A stretch of DNA of 47,211 nt from Octopus bimaculoides (taxonomy: Eukaryota): NCBI RefSeq assembly GCF_001194135.2, contig NC_068994.1, positions 12,077,075 to 12,124,285 of the forward strand, in the 5' to 3' direction. A model generated the notes under the pieces. It saw only the letters and a list, made by a program, of their open reading frames with translations, made no database searches and was not told the DNA's origin. The position numbers and the translations under genes are program-made. Within the stretch, counting starts at the first letter, position 1. Each line of letters starts with the position of its first letter. Positions 1 to 12,283 of this stretch are shown here, piece by piece.

Positions 1-363
1 ACAAGAATTAGAGTTTAAAAAACAAACAAAACGAACCTAAAAAAAAACATGATCATTAAGGTATTATTTACATATATATATATATGTAATAGAGAGGTTT
101 TTAAAAATAATTTTTTAAATAATATTTTTTAATATTTTCAATAATATTTTTTTCCGAACACAAAACAAGAATTAGAGTTTAAAAAACAAACAAAACGAAC
201 CTAAAAACAACATGATCATTAAGATATTATTTACATAAAAATATGTAATACAGAGGTTTTTTTTAAATAATATTTTTTAATATTTTCAATAACTTTTTTT
301 TTTTTTTTTCGAACACAAAACAAGAATTAGAGTTTAAAAAACAAACAAAACGAACCTAAAAAA
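1..363 (+). repeat. About 160-bp tandem repeat, 2 full copies + 1 partial
   Basis: acaagaattagagtttaaaaaacaaacaaaacgaacctaaa recurs at 1, 165 and 320. Confidence 0.9.
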
Positions 364-447
364 AATGTGGTGGAGGGGTCGGGCAGGAAGAGAGGGTTGT
401 TGAGTATTGGGCTTTGAAAATTTTCCCATGATGCTTTTATTGTTATG

Positions 448-457
448 GTGACGTCAC
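448..457. promoter_or_regulatory. CRE/ATF-type palindrome GTGACGTCAC
   Basis: Perfect 10-bp palindrome in a small CpG-containing patch. Function inferred only. Confidence 0.35.
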
Positions 458-1200
458 GCCGCGCTCTCCGTGTTGTTTTCATTCTCTCACAGATTTATTT
501 GGGTCTGCAAATAGTCACTGCATTTATATAGTGTTTACAATATATATACATCATATATTTACACACACATATACATATATGTATATAGATAAATACACAC
601 ATACATATATGTATGTTAAGTATATATATGTTCTGTTTATATGTTATTATAGCTGCATATACACACATCTTATGTGGTAAGTATATAAATATATATATAC
701 ATATATATAACTTGATACGATATTTTCTATGATTACAATAATTTTTCTTGTATATATGTATACGTATGTATCCTAAGAGAAGACAGTGAAATATTTTGGC
801 TCAGAAATAATATTTTATTCGTTGCTCATTCTGTTTGGATTTTGTGTTTCTTTCTCTGTGCGATAATATTTATGCTTTTGTGTGTTCTTTGTTTATTATT
901 TTATTCTGTATATTATAAAGTTACATTGCTTTTGATTATAGCACCAGTGCCGTTATTTATTTATTCTGTGTGTATGATACGATTATATGCAAGGACACAT
1001 ATACATATATATTCACACACACACACGCTCGTGTGTTGGTGTTATGGTGATTTGTTTTCCTCTCCTTATTAACACATCGCCAAGTGTTTAGGCTGACGTA
1101 TCGCAATGGCTTCTTGCTCGTCTCTACCAAAACAATGAGCATTACACACACACACATAAGCATATGTATATATATATATATATGATCCACTGACGATATA

Positions 1201-1236
<36 letters not shown>

Positions 1237-1499
1237 CACTACTAAAGTATCTTAGATACTTCAGACTACCCCTGAAATATTGAAGCAATCCTATCATATC
1301 CCCTATATATATATATATATATATATATAGGCACTACTAAAGTATCNNNNNNNNNNNNNNNNNNNNNNNNNNNNNNNNNNNNNNNNNNNNNNNNNNNNNN
1401 NNNNNNNNNNNNNNNNNNNNNNNNNNNNNNNNNNNNNNNNNNNNNNNNNNNNNNNNNNNNNNNNNNNNNNNNNNNNNNNNNNNNNNNNNNNNNNNNNNN

Positions 1500-1541
<42 letters not shown>

Positions 1542-4407
1542 ATGTATGTATGTATATAAAATAAACCCCACACGTATTTCTGTCGACAAGGGTATATCAT
1601 GGAGAAATTAAATGCTTCTTTTAATGCATGTTTAAATCCCAAACAAACATGTCGTTCGTATATCATATAGTATAATTATGTTTACACAGAGAGATATTTT
1701 CATATAAACGCATTCACAAGACTTCACGTGAAGTACCTTGCCTGTTGCTAGTCAACAAAACAAAAGGTTACATACAGTTTCTATCGACTTCACCAGAGAA
1801 TCTAAACTCCGTCTCATCTATCTCATATATATATATATATATATATGCACACATCTACACACACACATATATATATATCTATATATATGTATATACACAC
1901 ACTCACACACATATACGATTTGTTTTTTAATTTGTGTATCGACCAAAATTAGACACTCTCATAGCTACCTTGACGCCATTTAAACTCGGGTGAGTGGTAT
2001 CTTGGTTGATTAATTATTTCTTGGCTTTATTTTTAATTATATTTTGCATAATATTATTATTGCTGATACTGTTCTTGTTGCTGAGAAACTGTTTTATATA
2101 TACATATTCGTCCAAGCAATTTGTGTTCTGAAATATCTCTACATATATATATATATATGTATACATATATATATATATATATACAGGCATGCATGTGTTT
2201 ATATTATGGTATATATATATAAATATGTTAACCAGATGCATATGAAACCATGAGAATATTTATTTTTAATTCGTGTAATTGAGGCAATTATTTACTGAGC
2301 ATGTTCTACAACTGAGAAATTGGTGGCGCTTTGATCAGTATATCTGAAATATACAAAGAATGCATCAACTCCGAGTTTTAAATTTGAAAGAATGGATATG
2401 TGCAAGAAGCTTCATATATATGTGTGTGTGTGTATGTATGTATATATATATACGCGCGTGCGCACACCTTTGCATAAACTCAGGGGAAATGTTTATAAAT
2501 AATGTGTATGTGACCGCGTTCATTCATTCATTTCTCCTCTATCCCCATTCTATTAATGTCTACCCCCCTTTCTCTCTCCTGTTTATATATACATGTTTCC
2601 TTTTAAATGTTTAGTTTCTCCATCTCTCCCATCCTCTTCTCTGTTTTTTTTTTTTTACCTTTTGTGTGCTCGTCTACATGCTAAATCAACACACACACAC
2701 ACATATACACTACTCTTTTGTTGTGTTGTTTAATAACTTGGTCACGTTGGACAAGTTTACGTATATACATGCATAGCTACCCGATTCTCTCACTCACTCT
2801 CTCTCTCTCTACCTCTCTGTAGTCGTGTATAATTGTGTGTTGATTCCTTTGTATCTTAGTTTTTTTCTCTTCTTTACGCATAAAGTCGATATTCGTAGAG
2901 AACGGGTATTTCAGTGGGTCGAATCGATTCTGGAAAATCTGTGAAGATGAAAGTCGCCCTCAAGATTTGAATTCTGAAGGTATGAGAATGGAACGAAATG
3001 CTTATTGTAAAGTATTTTAGACCAGTGTTCTACTGACAGTCATTTAAATTTTGCTTTATTTTCGGGTGGGTGGTAGTTTTAATTTAAAAAAAAAATAGTT
3101 CTTTAGAAAAGTGTAGGGTTATCTTTTTGAGACCTTGTGCGTAAGAAAGTACATTTAGAACCGTCTTACTTGGCGTTATGTTGCTTACCTTGGAAACTCT
3201 GTGAGAGAGAGAGAGAGAGACTACCGTTTGAAAGAGAATGTGTGAGAATTCCACATTTCTACTGCATTGTTTTCACACCAATTGTTTCGTCTTTTTTTTT
3301 TTTTTTTGTCCTTTGAAATTAGAAAATAACAATTATTACATCGAATATCTTGTAAATCCTCTTAAGGTTTATTGTTGCTGGTGGCTTTTTCTGCTGCTTG
3401 TAATGAATACGTGTGTCTGAATAAAGATTAATAATACCCATGTATGTATGATGTTTGCTTGTGTTTGAAAATACACAGCGATTTTCTGAGAGTGGAAAGG
3501 TTGCGTGAATATTATACAAAAACATCCAGGAATTGGCTACAATGGAAGAATTTTGTGTTCCTATACAATGCATGAAAGGTTTTCATGTAAGCTATATGTG
3601 TGTATGTTATTATTCACTAAAGATCCATTAATACACGGTAATATCTAACTAAAATCTTATTTGGCACACAAACATACGTGGGTGTGGTAAGAAATTTGCT
3701 TCCAACCACATTGTTCTGTGTTCAGTTCTATTGCGTGGCGCCTTGAGCAAGTGTCTTCTGCTGTAATCTCAGGCCGACCAAAGGCTTATGAGTGAATTTA
3801 GAGTATGGAAACTGAAAGAAGCCTGTCATGTGTTTGTGTCTTCTTGTCTTGACACTGTGTGATGTACATGCATAGCTACCTGAAACAATGGATGGTTAGA
3901 CAACGAAAGCCATATTTAATTAACATAAGCAAGGAACTTCTCTTTTGCTTACCTCATTTTTGTTGTCCATCAAATCTGATGATCACCATCTTTTTGCAAT
4001 TGTGGTTTCTTTACCTACCGCACATTCTAACCCTTGATGTGTAGCTTTGGTGACAGAGAACATATATTACTCTACTTGCATGTTTTCCTTGCTTCTTTTG
4101 GCAGGGCTGAGTACACTTGGTCCTCCATATTTTCAATTATCCATCAGTAGTGAGATTGCTGAAGGGTTGATGTTACTTTTTATCAAAGTGATCTTCAGCT
4201 AGTCTTTGAACTCCTATTTTAGTCCCCGGCTAGGTGTTGATCAATCATAGTGTAACCTAATGCGCTTTCCTCAGCTGATGCCTTCATGGTATGGATTCAA
4301 TGCTGCTGGTGTTCTGTTGGCTCAGTAGAATTCCCAAGTGCTAAATTTCTCTCATCACCTGTATTGCATCCCCCACACTATCCCAACTCAGGTTTCATAC
4401 TATGCTA

Positions 4408-4795
4408 GTGGAGGCGCAATGGCCCAGTGGTTAGGGCAGAGGACTCGCGGTCATAGGATCTCGGGTTCGATTCCCAGACCGGGCATTGTGAGTGTTTATT
4501 GAGTGAAAACACCTAAAGCTCTACAAGGCTCCGGCAGGGGATGGTGGTGAACCCTGTTGTACTCTTTCACCACAACTTTCTCTTCCTGTTTCTATTGTGC
4601 CTGTAATTCAAAGGGTCAGCTTTGTCACACTGTGTCACGCTGAATATCCCTGAGAACTACGTTAAGGGTACACGTGTCTGTGGAGTGCTCAGCCACTTGC
4701 ACGTTAATTTCACGAGCAGGCTGTTCCGCTGATCGGATCAACTGGAACCCTCGACGTCATAAGCGACGGAGTGCCAACAACAACAACGCCAATAT
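4408..4795 (+). mobile_element. tRNA(Arg)-like-headed SINE, near full length, (AAC)n tail
   Basis: Head ggcgcaatggcccagtggttagggcag...gggttcgattccc with A/B boxes; unique body; ends ggagtgcc(aac)n. Confidence 0.8.
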
Positions 4796-6891
4796 GCACA
4801 ACACCCTGTCCTTCTCCCAAAATGTTGGCTCTCTGGAATTCCCTAACGTACCCCTGCGCTTGTTGCTTAGTTCCAATCAAGGTGAGTCTTGATCAATCAA
4901 AACCTATGATCAAAGGTGTTCAAGCTAAGAAGTGTCTTGCTGATTAGATTTATAAGGCAGTGGGTGGGGTGCAGGAGTGGATCTGTGGTTGAGAAATTTG
5001 CTTCCCAATTGCATGGCTTTTGGGTTCAGTCCCACTGCAGGGCACCTGGGGCAAGTGTCTTCTACTACAGCTGTGGGCCATGCAAAGCCTTGTAAGTGAA
5101 TTTTGTGGACAAAAATAACTGAAAGAAGCTCATTATATGTTGTCAAGTGGTGGAAGGAAAACTCAGGTGTGCATATATATATATAAATTCAGATGAGTGG
5201 TACAACAAGGCACCAATATTTACTGGAAAATAGCAATCGATACAATTACGACGCTATTGTAAAGCTTCGCTGCATATATACTGGCAAAAATGCGTGTGTG
5301 CAACAAACATGAAAAACTTTTCTTACCTTAGGAAGAACATTCGAAAATGGACAACCCAGATTAAGGATAATGCAGGACCAGTTTCTGACTCTTCAAATAC
5401 GTTTCACAACGTAAATTTGATCAGTCTTCATCAGCTGCATTTACCTAAACAATATTTCAAATGTTGCCACATCAATGCCAAGTATACTTGCCTGAACGAG
5501 TATATATATGTTAAAAGGTGACATATATATATGTGTGTGTGTGTGTGTGTTTTCTCCTTGCCATGATTTCCTGTTGTTAGCTGTAAATGAAAGTCACTAT
5601 CCTACAGGTGGTGTCCTTCGTTTCTGATCTTCTGTGAAAACACACCTGGTCATAGGGAAATATTACTTCACTTGGAAACAGTTAACGGCTGGCAACAGGA
5701 AAGACATCTAGGCGTAGAAAATCCACCTTCACAAATACCATCTGACCCAGACGGACGGTAGATGATAGATGATGATAAATCTGACCAAGCTAATTAACCA
5801 AAAGAATCTACTACAAACACTTGATGTCTTAATGTGTCAGCTGTATGTAGTCCATGTCTTGCTTCTATACAAGGAAAGCAGAACAGAACTTTTGTATGTG
5901 GGGTAGAAGCATTGTTTAAGGCGTTGCTTCTTCCCTGCCTTCCAAAAGATTGCAATTCTAAGGTACTTTATAAATCTCTGCAATTAATGTGAACTCATTA
6001 CAAGCTTCTCATACTAGCTCTGCAGCATGCCAACAGGTGGCAGCACATAGTTGTGGTGTGTGCAGTGACCTTCATGAGACAGTGTGCTGAACGACACTGC
6101 TGTCTTTACTTCACAAGTTGTGAAATTTGTGTTTTTGTGATCATGTGTATGCTGTAGTGTGCAATTTTGTCATGGGCAAGAACAAAGAGAAGTTCATTTT
6201 GGAAGCCAGTGGCTTCAGGTTCAGTCCCCAATGCGTGAATGTTGTTGGCTATGATTGGGCACCACCTTTGAAGAAATTGTCCCCAAAATCTGGTTTATGT
6301 AGGAGTTTGAACAAAAGTTTCGCTATGAGAGGAATAACTTGTAGTTTGCAAGGTGGATTAAACCAGTTGACTTGTCTCCATATCAACCAGAAGGCCTATT
6401 TATATATTAAGGTTAGATTTTTCTTCTTCAGTGAAAGTGCTTTGTATAATATTTTGAGGCATCATTAAATAGTTATTTATTGGAGGTTAGTCATAAAAGC
6501 CTTCTAGAATTCTACCAGGCCTAAAACCATTTTCTGGCTTGTCATATGTCCACAACTTACTCTTCTTCACCAACGTCCCTTGCTTATTAATCCCCAAATG
6601 TCATCTAGCTGCATATAGTCATTGTAGGAGTTGTAGTAGTATGTCCTCTGGACATTACTATCTTAAGTCCTAGAATTCATAGGGTTGGTTACCCAGTTTC
6701 CATGGCATATAAGTGACCGAGATCACAATATTTCCCCAAAATTTGGGATGCCAGTCTGCCACAGGATTACCCATTTCCGAATGAGTGGACTAGAGCAACA
6801 TGAAATGAAGTGTTTTGCTCAAGAATACACTGTGCTGTCTGATCTGGTAATTAAAAGACAACTTTAACGATCTGAGTGCAACGCTCTAACC

Positions 6892-7216
6892 CAGTGTTTC
6901 TCAACCTTTTTACCCTTGTGTAACCCTTAAAATAAATTACATGTCTCTAGGAACCCCTGCACAAAAAAAATTATATACCATATCTTTCTCATTTTTTCAT
7001 TGTAGTTCATGTGGTATATATATACTCTTTTACTTGTTTGTCATATGACTGTGGCCATGCTGGAGCACCCCCTTTAGTCGAGCAAATCGACCCCAGGACT
7101 TATTCTTTGTAAGCCTAGTACTTATTCTATCAGTCTCTTTTTGCCGAACCGCTAAGTTACGGGGACGTAAACACACCAGCATCAGTTGTCAAGCGAAGTT
7201 GTGGGGAACAAACACA

Positions 7217-7272
<56 letters not shown>

Positions 7273-7633
7273 CGACGGGCTTCTTTCAGTTTCCGTCTAC
7301 CAAATCTACTCACAAGGCTTCGGTCAGCCCGAGGCTATAGTAGAAGACACTTGCCCAAGGTGCCACGCAGTGGGACTGAACCCAGAACCATGTGGTTGGT
7401 AAGCAAGCTACTTACCACACAGCCACCCCTGCGCCTAGGCACACAGCCACTCCTATTTATATTTATATAATATAATAGGTTAGATAGGATGATGTCTATA
7501 TTAGAATATTACAATAACCAATAATATGTGCATGAATAGTAATATTACAATCATGAAATTAGCATTAGCATATTTCACTCTTTCTCGTGGAACCCCTAGG
7601 AACCTTTTACGGAACCCTGGTTGAGAAACGTTC
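6892..7633. mobile_element. hAT (Charlie-like) MITE with 8-bp TSD CTCTAACC
   Basis: TIRs cagtgtttctcaacc / ggttgagaaacgttc. Identical 8-bp direct repeats at 6884-6891 and 7634-7641. Confidence 0.85.
7025..7435 (-). mobile_element. SINE family A, full length
   Basis: tRNA-like head, GGCACCTTGGGCAAGTGTCTTC central motif (CORE-like, from recall), internal (TA)/(TG) tract, tail ...gactgaaacaagtaaaagag. Many copies in the window. Confidence 0.9.
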
Positions 7634-8784
7634 CTCTAACCACTAGGCCACAAACCTTTGCATAATCATTGTATGACCTTGAAATATCCCTCATATATCT
7701 CTAACTTATATTATCACTATTCATATAACTATTAACAGATATGAACATAATCTCATGCTTTTGTTAAACAAGAGTATTTCATTCAATTGACACAAGACTA
7801 TGCCACCTTTTAACATGCTGTACTGCCATTTAATCTCGCCTTTTTTTTTACAGCTGGAGAAATCTCGAGTTACAACCATTTTAACTACTTTTAGAACCTT
7901 CACCTTATTTATAATCTGATCCATATTTACTAAACACTCGTATTCTCACTAATTAGTCTCTATCTTTAATCCTCTTATACTATATATTTTTCCTGTTAAC
8001 TACTTGTATTGTCCACCCAGCACCCCCCTGGATAACACTTATTCAACACTCTATAGAACTCGATTCTATATCTAGCTGAAACTTAACCACATACTTATTT
8101 AAACTAACTTATAAGTGTCCCTCTTCTGCAGTATATATATATATATATATGTATGTATGTAAAGCATCGTCATTATTGTTTCATGTCTATTTTCATGCTG
8201 ATACATGTTGGGATGATTTGATAGGATCCAGTACATCCAAGGACCACATCGTGTCTGCTTTAGGCATGGTTTCTGCAGTTGGATGCCCTTCTTAATATCA
8301 ACCACTTTACAGCATGTACTAAGTGCTTTTTTTCATACCACCAGCACTAGTGGTGTTGCCATCCAGCTTACAAGACTATAAACTCCAAAGGGTGGGCTGG
8401 CTTTATGCTTGGAGATGAGGGGTTAAAGTATGAGAAAGGGGAAAAAAGCAGGTTCTTGTTATGGAGGGGCTACATAACTACTGATTTATAGAAAAGTGGG
8501 TGATGAATTGGTATTAAATTACTTTGGGGCTTAGACATTTTTTTTTGCACTCCATACAGGAGTTTTTAGAGACTTTGTCAACAAGTAGTTAAAAATTTGA
8601 ATGTAGGCGAAGGTACAGGTATGGCTGTGTGGTTAAGAAATTTACATTTCAACTGTGATCTCAGGTTCAGTCCTCTGTACAGCACTCTATGCAGATGTCT
8701 TCTACTGTAGCCCCAAGTTAAATGAAGATTTGCGAGTGAATTGGTCAGATGGAAATTGAAAGAAGCTTGTTGTATCACCACCAC

Positions 8785-9520
8785 CATCATCATTCATCGT
8801 CGTTTAACGCCCACTTTCCATGTTGGCATGAGTTGGACAGTTTGAATGAGAACTGGCATGCCAGGAGGCTACACCAGGCTCTAATCTGATTTGGCAAAGT
8901 TTCTACAGCTGGATGCCCTTCCTAATGTCAACCACTCCGAGAGTGTAGTGAGTGCTTTTAATGTGCCAGTCATGTGGCACTGGCATCAGCCATATGCAAA
9001 CAGTGCTTTTTTTGTGCCAGTCAGACAGCACTGGCAACGGCCATGCTTGAATGGTGCCTTTTACATACCAGTCAGGTGGTACTGGCATCAGCCATGCTCG
9101 AATGGTACTTTTTACATACCAGTTAGGTGGCGCTGACATCAGCCACGTTCGAATGGTGCTTTTTATGTCAGTTAGGCGGCGCTGGAATCGGCCATGCTCA
9201 AATGGTGCTTTTCACTTGCCACTGGCACAGGTGCCAGTCACGTGGCACTGGCATTGGCCACAACTATGATGTCACTCAGTTTAATAAGTCTTTACAAGCA
9301 TGGCATATTACCCAATGAATGAAGGGTGCTTTTAAATGGGCCAGTTATGCAACACTGGCATTGGCCACAGCTATGATCTCACTTGGCTTGCCAGGTTCTC
9401 TCAAGCACAGCATATCTCCAAAGGTCTTGGTCGCTTGTCATTGCCTTTGTGAGGCCCAATGTTCAAAGGTCATGCTTCACCACCTCATCCCATGTCTTCC
9501 TGGGTCCACCTCTTCCTCTT
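8785..9520 (-). mobile_element. RTE-clade LINE, 5'-truncated: ORF2 C-terminus + 3' UTR with tandem hairpin array + (GAT)n tail
   Basis: 9519-9379(-) translates RGRGGPRKTWDEVVKHDL*TLGLTKAMTSDQDLWRYAVLERTWQAK* (RTE-type GRGRP.KTW end, with an internal stop). Tail on - reads ccaactcatgccaacatggaaagtgggcgttaaacgacgatgaatgatg, a diverged version of the family tail ccaacccatgccagcatggaaag...gttaaacgatgatg. Confidence 0.85.
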
Positions 9521-10361
9521 AATCGTTTTCCTGTCTTCCATGGCGAAATATTTCCTTGCTTGGAAGCAAGTAAGGGATGGCAACAAGAAGGGCATCCAGC
9601 TGTAGAAAACCTCTCTCAATAAATTCCATCTGACCCATGGAAAAATGGACATTTAGGTTCAGGTGTGGCTGTGTAGTAAGAAACTTGCTTCCCAACCACA
9701 TGGTTCCAGGTTCAGTCCCACTGCCTGGCACCTTGGGCAGGTGTCTTCTACTATAGTCTCGGGCTGACGAAAGCCTTGTGAGTGGATTTGGTAGACAAAA
9801 ACTGAACGAAGCCCACGTGTGTGTGTATAAGGTTGAGAAAAAAGTGTTAAAATAATGCTTTTTTTATGTTTTTGTGGTGTGTGTGTTCATTCAGTTCATG
9901 TCATATTCAATGGTGACAATATAAATGATTGTGTTTAAAACTTTAGTAATAGAAATTAAGAAGTTGATATGCTTACATATACCATTTAATTTTTTAAAAA
10001 AACTAGTACAGAGGTTTGTTGAGGATTAGGAGATTATATTTTATTAAGTAAATTTGCTGCAATGGCAGCAGTAGTAGAAATAGCAGCAACAACAAGAATT
10101 GGAAGAAAAAAAAAAGCTTAAAAAAACCCTGCCACTATATCAACTGCTGCCATGACAATTGCAACAATAGCAGCGTTGCAATAGTGACAGCATTAACCAC
10201 AGCAAACAGCGTCAGCAGCAGCAGCAGTAGACCCTTTGTGTTCTGAATCTACATCTTTACAGGGTTTAAACTTTGCTTTTCATCTTTCTGGGGTCTCTAT
10301 AACTTGTCTATAGCCACTCCTCAAATTTGAGCCCATGGGGCTAAAGTAATTTCCAAGTATA

Positions 10362-10843
10362 GGCACAGGAGTGGCTGTGTGGTAAGTAGCTTGCTTACCA
10401 ACCACATGGTTCCGAGTTCAGTCTCACTGCGTGGCACCTTGGGCAAGTGTCTTCTACTATAGCCTTGGGCCGACCAAAGCCTTGTGATTGGATTTGGTAG
10501 ACGGAAACTGAAAGAAGCCCGTCGTATATTTGTGTGTGTATATATATATGTATGTATGTGTGTGTATATGTTTGTGTCTGTGTTTGTCCCCCCACCATCG
10601 CTTGACAACCAATGCTGGTGTGTTTACGTCCCCGTAACTTAGCGGTTCAGCAAAAGAGACCGATAGAATAAGTACTAGNNNNNNNNNNNNNNNNNNNNNN
10701 NNNNNNNNNNNNNNNNNNNNNNNNNNNNNNNNNNNNNNNNNNNNNNTAGGCTTACAAAGAATAAGTCCTGGGGTCGATTTGTTCGACTAAAGGCGGTGCT
10801 CCAGCATGGCCGCAGTCAAATGACTGAAACAAGTAAAAGAGAG
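10362..10843 (+). mobile_element. SINE family A, full length (contains an N-gap)
   Basis: Same consensus as 7025-7435, opposite strand. Confidence 0.9.
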
Positions 10844-10863
10844 TATCTCCTTTACTCTTTAAA

Positions 10864-10910
<47 letters not shown>

Positions 10911-11366
10911 GTCAGTTTCCACCTACTAAGGCTTTAGTTGGCCTGGGCTCATAGCAGAGGGCACTTACCTGAGGTGCTGTGCAGTGGGACTGAACCTGAG
11001 GTCACACGGTTGGGAAGCAAGCTTCTCAATCACACAGCCACTATTGAAATCTGCAAATGACTCACTGAAGCAACAATATGCACAAGCCTTCGTTTCTTCA
11101 CCGAGTTTCAGTGACTGTAATATAAACGAATACAATTAGTAATAATTAGTTGTAGACAGTGAACGTAGTATTTGGTGGGATATATAAGAAAACAAAAGAC
11201 AAAGATTTTTATTTTATTTACCTTATGTAAATAATTTAAAGCTCAGAAGATTACTCACTCTTAACAGTCTCTCTCATACACATACATATGTATAACTCTG
11301 GGACACCACACACATGTAATACACATTGTGCTGCAGATAGATGATATCATTGATGATGTGATAAGG

Positions 11367-12220
11367 TGGTGAGCTGGCAAAATTGTTAGGATGCTTAGGG
11401 GGTATTTCATCTGTCTGCATGTTCAGTGTTCAAATTCCACTGAGATTGACTTTGCCTTTCATCTCTTCCAGGGTTGAAAAAATAAGTACCAGTCAAGCAC
11501 TGAAGTCGATTTAATCGACTTGCCCTGCTTCCCTAAAATTCCTGGCTTTGTGCTAATATTTGAAAACAATGGTGTAATAATAATGGTAATAATAATGTTT
11601 GCAAATTCTGGCACAGGGCCAGCTGTTGTTAGGGAAAGGAGGATTACATCAACCCCAGCGCATGACTAGTACTTATTTTATCGATCCTGAAACGAAAGAC
11701 AAAGTTGACCCTGGTGGAATTTGAACTCAGAACGTAAAGACAGATGAAATGCTACTAAGCATTTTGTCTAGCGCATTAACGATTCTGCCAACTCACCACT
11801 TTAGTAATTAATGGTTTCAAGTTTTGATATAAGGTCCTCCTTTTTTGAGGGGAAGGGTTTAGGTGATTACTTTGACCCAAGTGCTCAGCTGGTACTTATT
11901 TTATTGACCCCCCCCCCCCCAAAGGATGAAAGGCAAAGTCGACCTCGATGGAAATGGACCCAAAATATAAAGACGGATGAAATGCCACTAAGCATTATGC
12001 CTGGTGTGCTAACGATTCTGCCAGCTTGCCATCTTAATAATAATAATTGCTTCGAGTATTGACATAAGGGGAGGGGTTAAGTTGATTATGATGACCCTAG
12101 TGCTCAATTGGTACTTGCTTTATCTACCCCGAAAAGTTGAAAGGCAAAGTTGTACTTAGAATGTGAAGACAGACAAAATGCTGCTAAGTATTTTGCCCAG
12201 CATACTAACATTTCTGCCTT
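11367..12220. mobile_element. Cluster of four family-B SINEs (one +, three -)
   Basis: Each carries ggtgagctggcagaatcgttag...gttcaaattcc...gactttgcctttcatcc...aataagtaccag (central motif resembles the Meta-SINE domain, from recall). Confidence 0.8.
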
Positions 12221-12283
12221 AGTAATAATATTAATAGTAAAAATGCTTTAGCAGTATGACTGAAGAATTAGTTTTCATAATTA

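Larger units (their letters stand above)
6690..7650 (-). mobile_element. tRNA-headed SINE (family D), split by a hAT MITE
   Basis: 6690-6891 plus 7634-7650. Shares ttgagcaaaacacttcatttcatgttgctc..gtccactca with 18742-18975 and 43193-43500. Confidence 0.75.

Noticed and set aside
842-3573. Short ORFs rich in I/Y/H/T/C/V/F
   Set aside because: Products of (TA)n, (CA)n, (TG)n and T-rich tracts; no coding signature.
4408-4480. Functional tRNA gene
   Set aside because: The tRNA-like head continues into a SINE body and (AAC)n tail, with no complete acceptor stem or Pol III terminator.
5395-5440. Second hammerhead-like motif on - (CTGATGA...GAAACGTA)
   Set aside because: Stems I and II pair poorly (2-3 bp). 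It may be a very old Penelope remnant but is not supportable.
7186-7470. Recurrent ORFs reading RRASFSFRLPN...KVPRSGTEPGTMWLVSKLL (also near 10321, 13482, 19952, 27080, 27626, 43582)
   Set aside because: Translations of SINE-A copies, not genes.
8960-9260. CRISPR-like array of palindromic repeats
   Set aside because: Eukaryotic context, no unique spacers (whole units are homologous), no cas genes, and it sits in a LINE 3' UTR.
10679-10746. Possible insertion inside SINE-A
   Set aside because: The flanks overlap (tag) and join into the uninterrupted consensus, so the gap is a scaffolding artefact.
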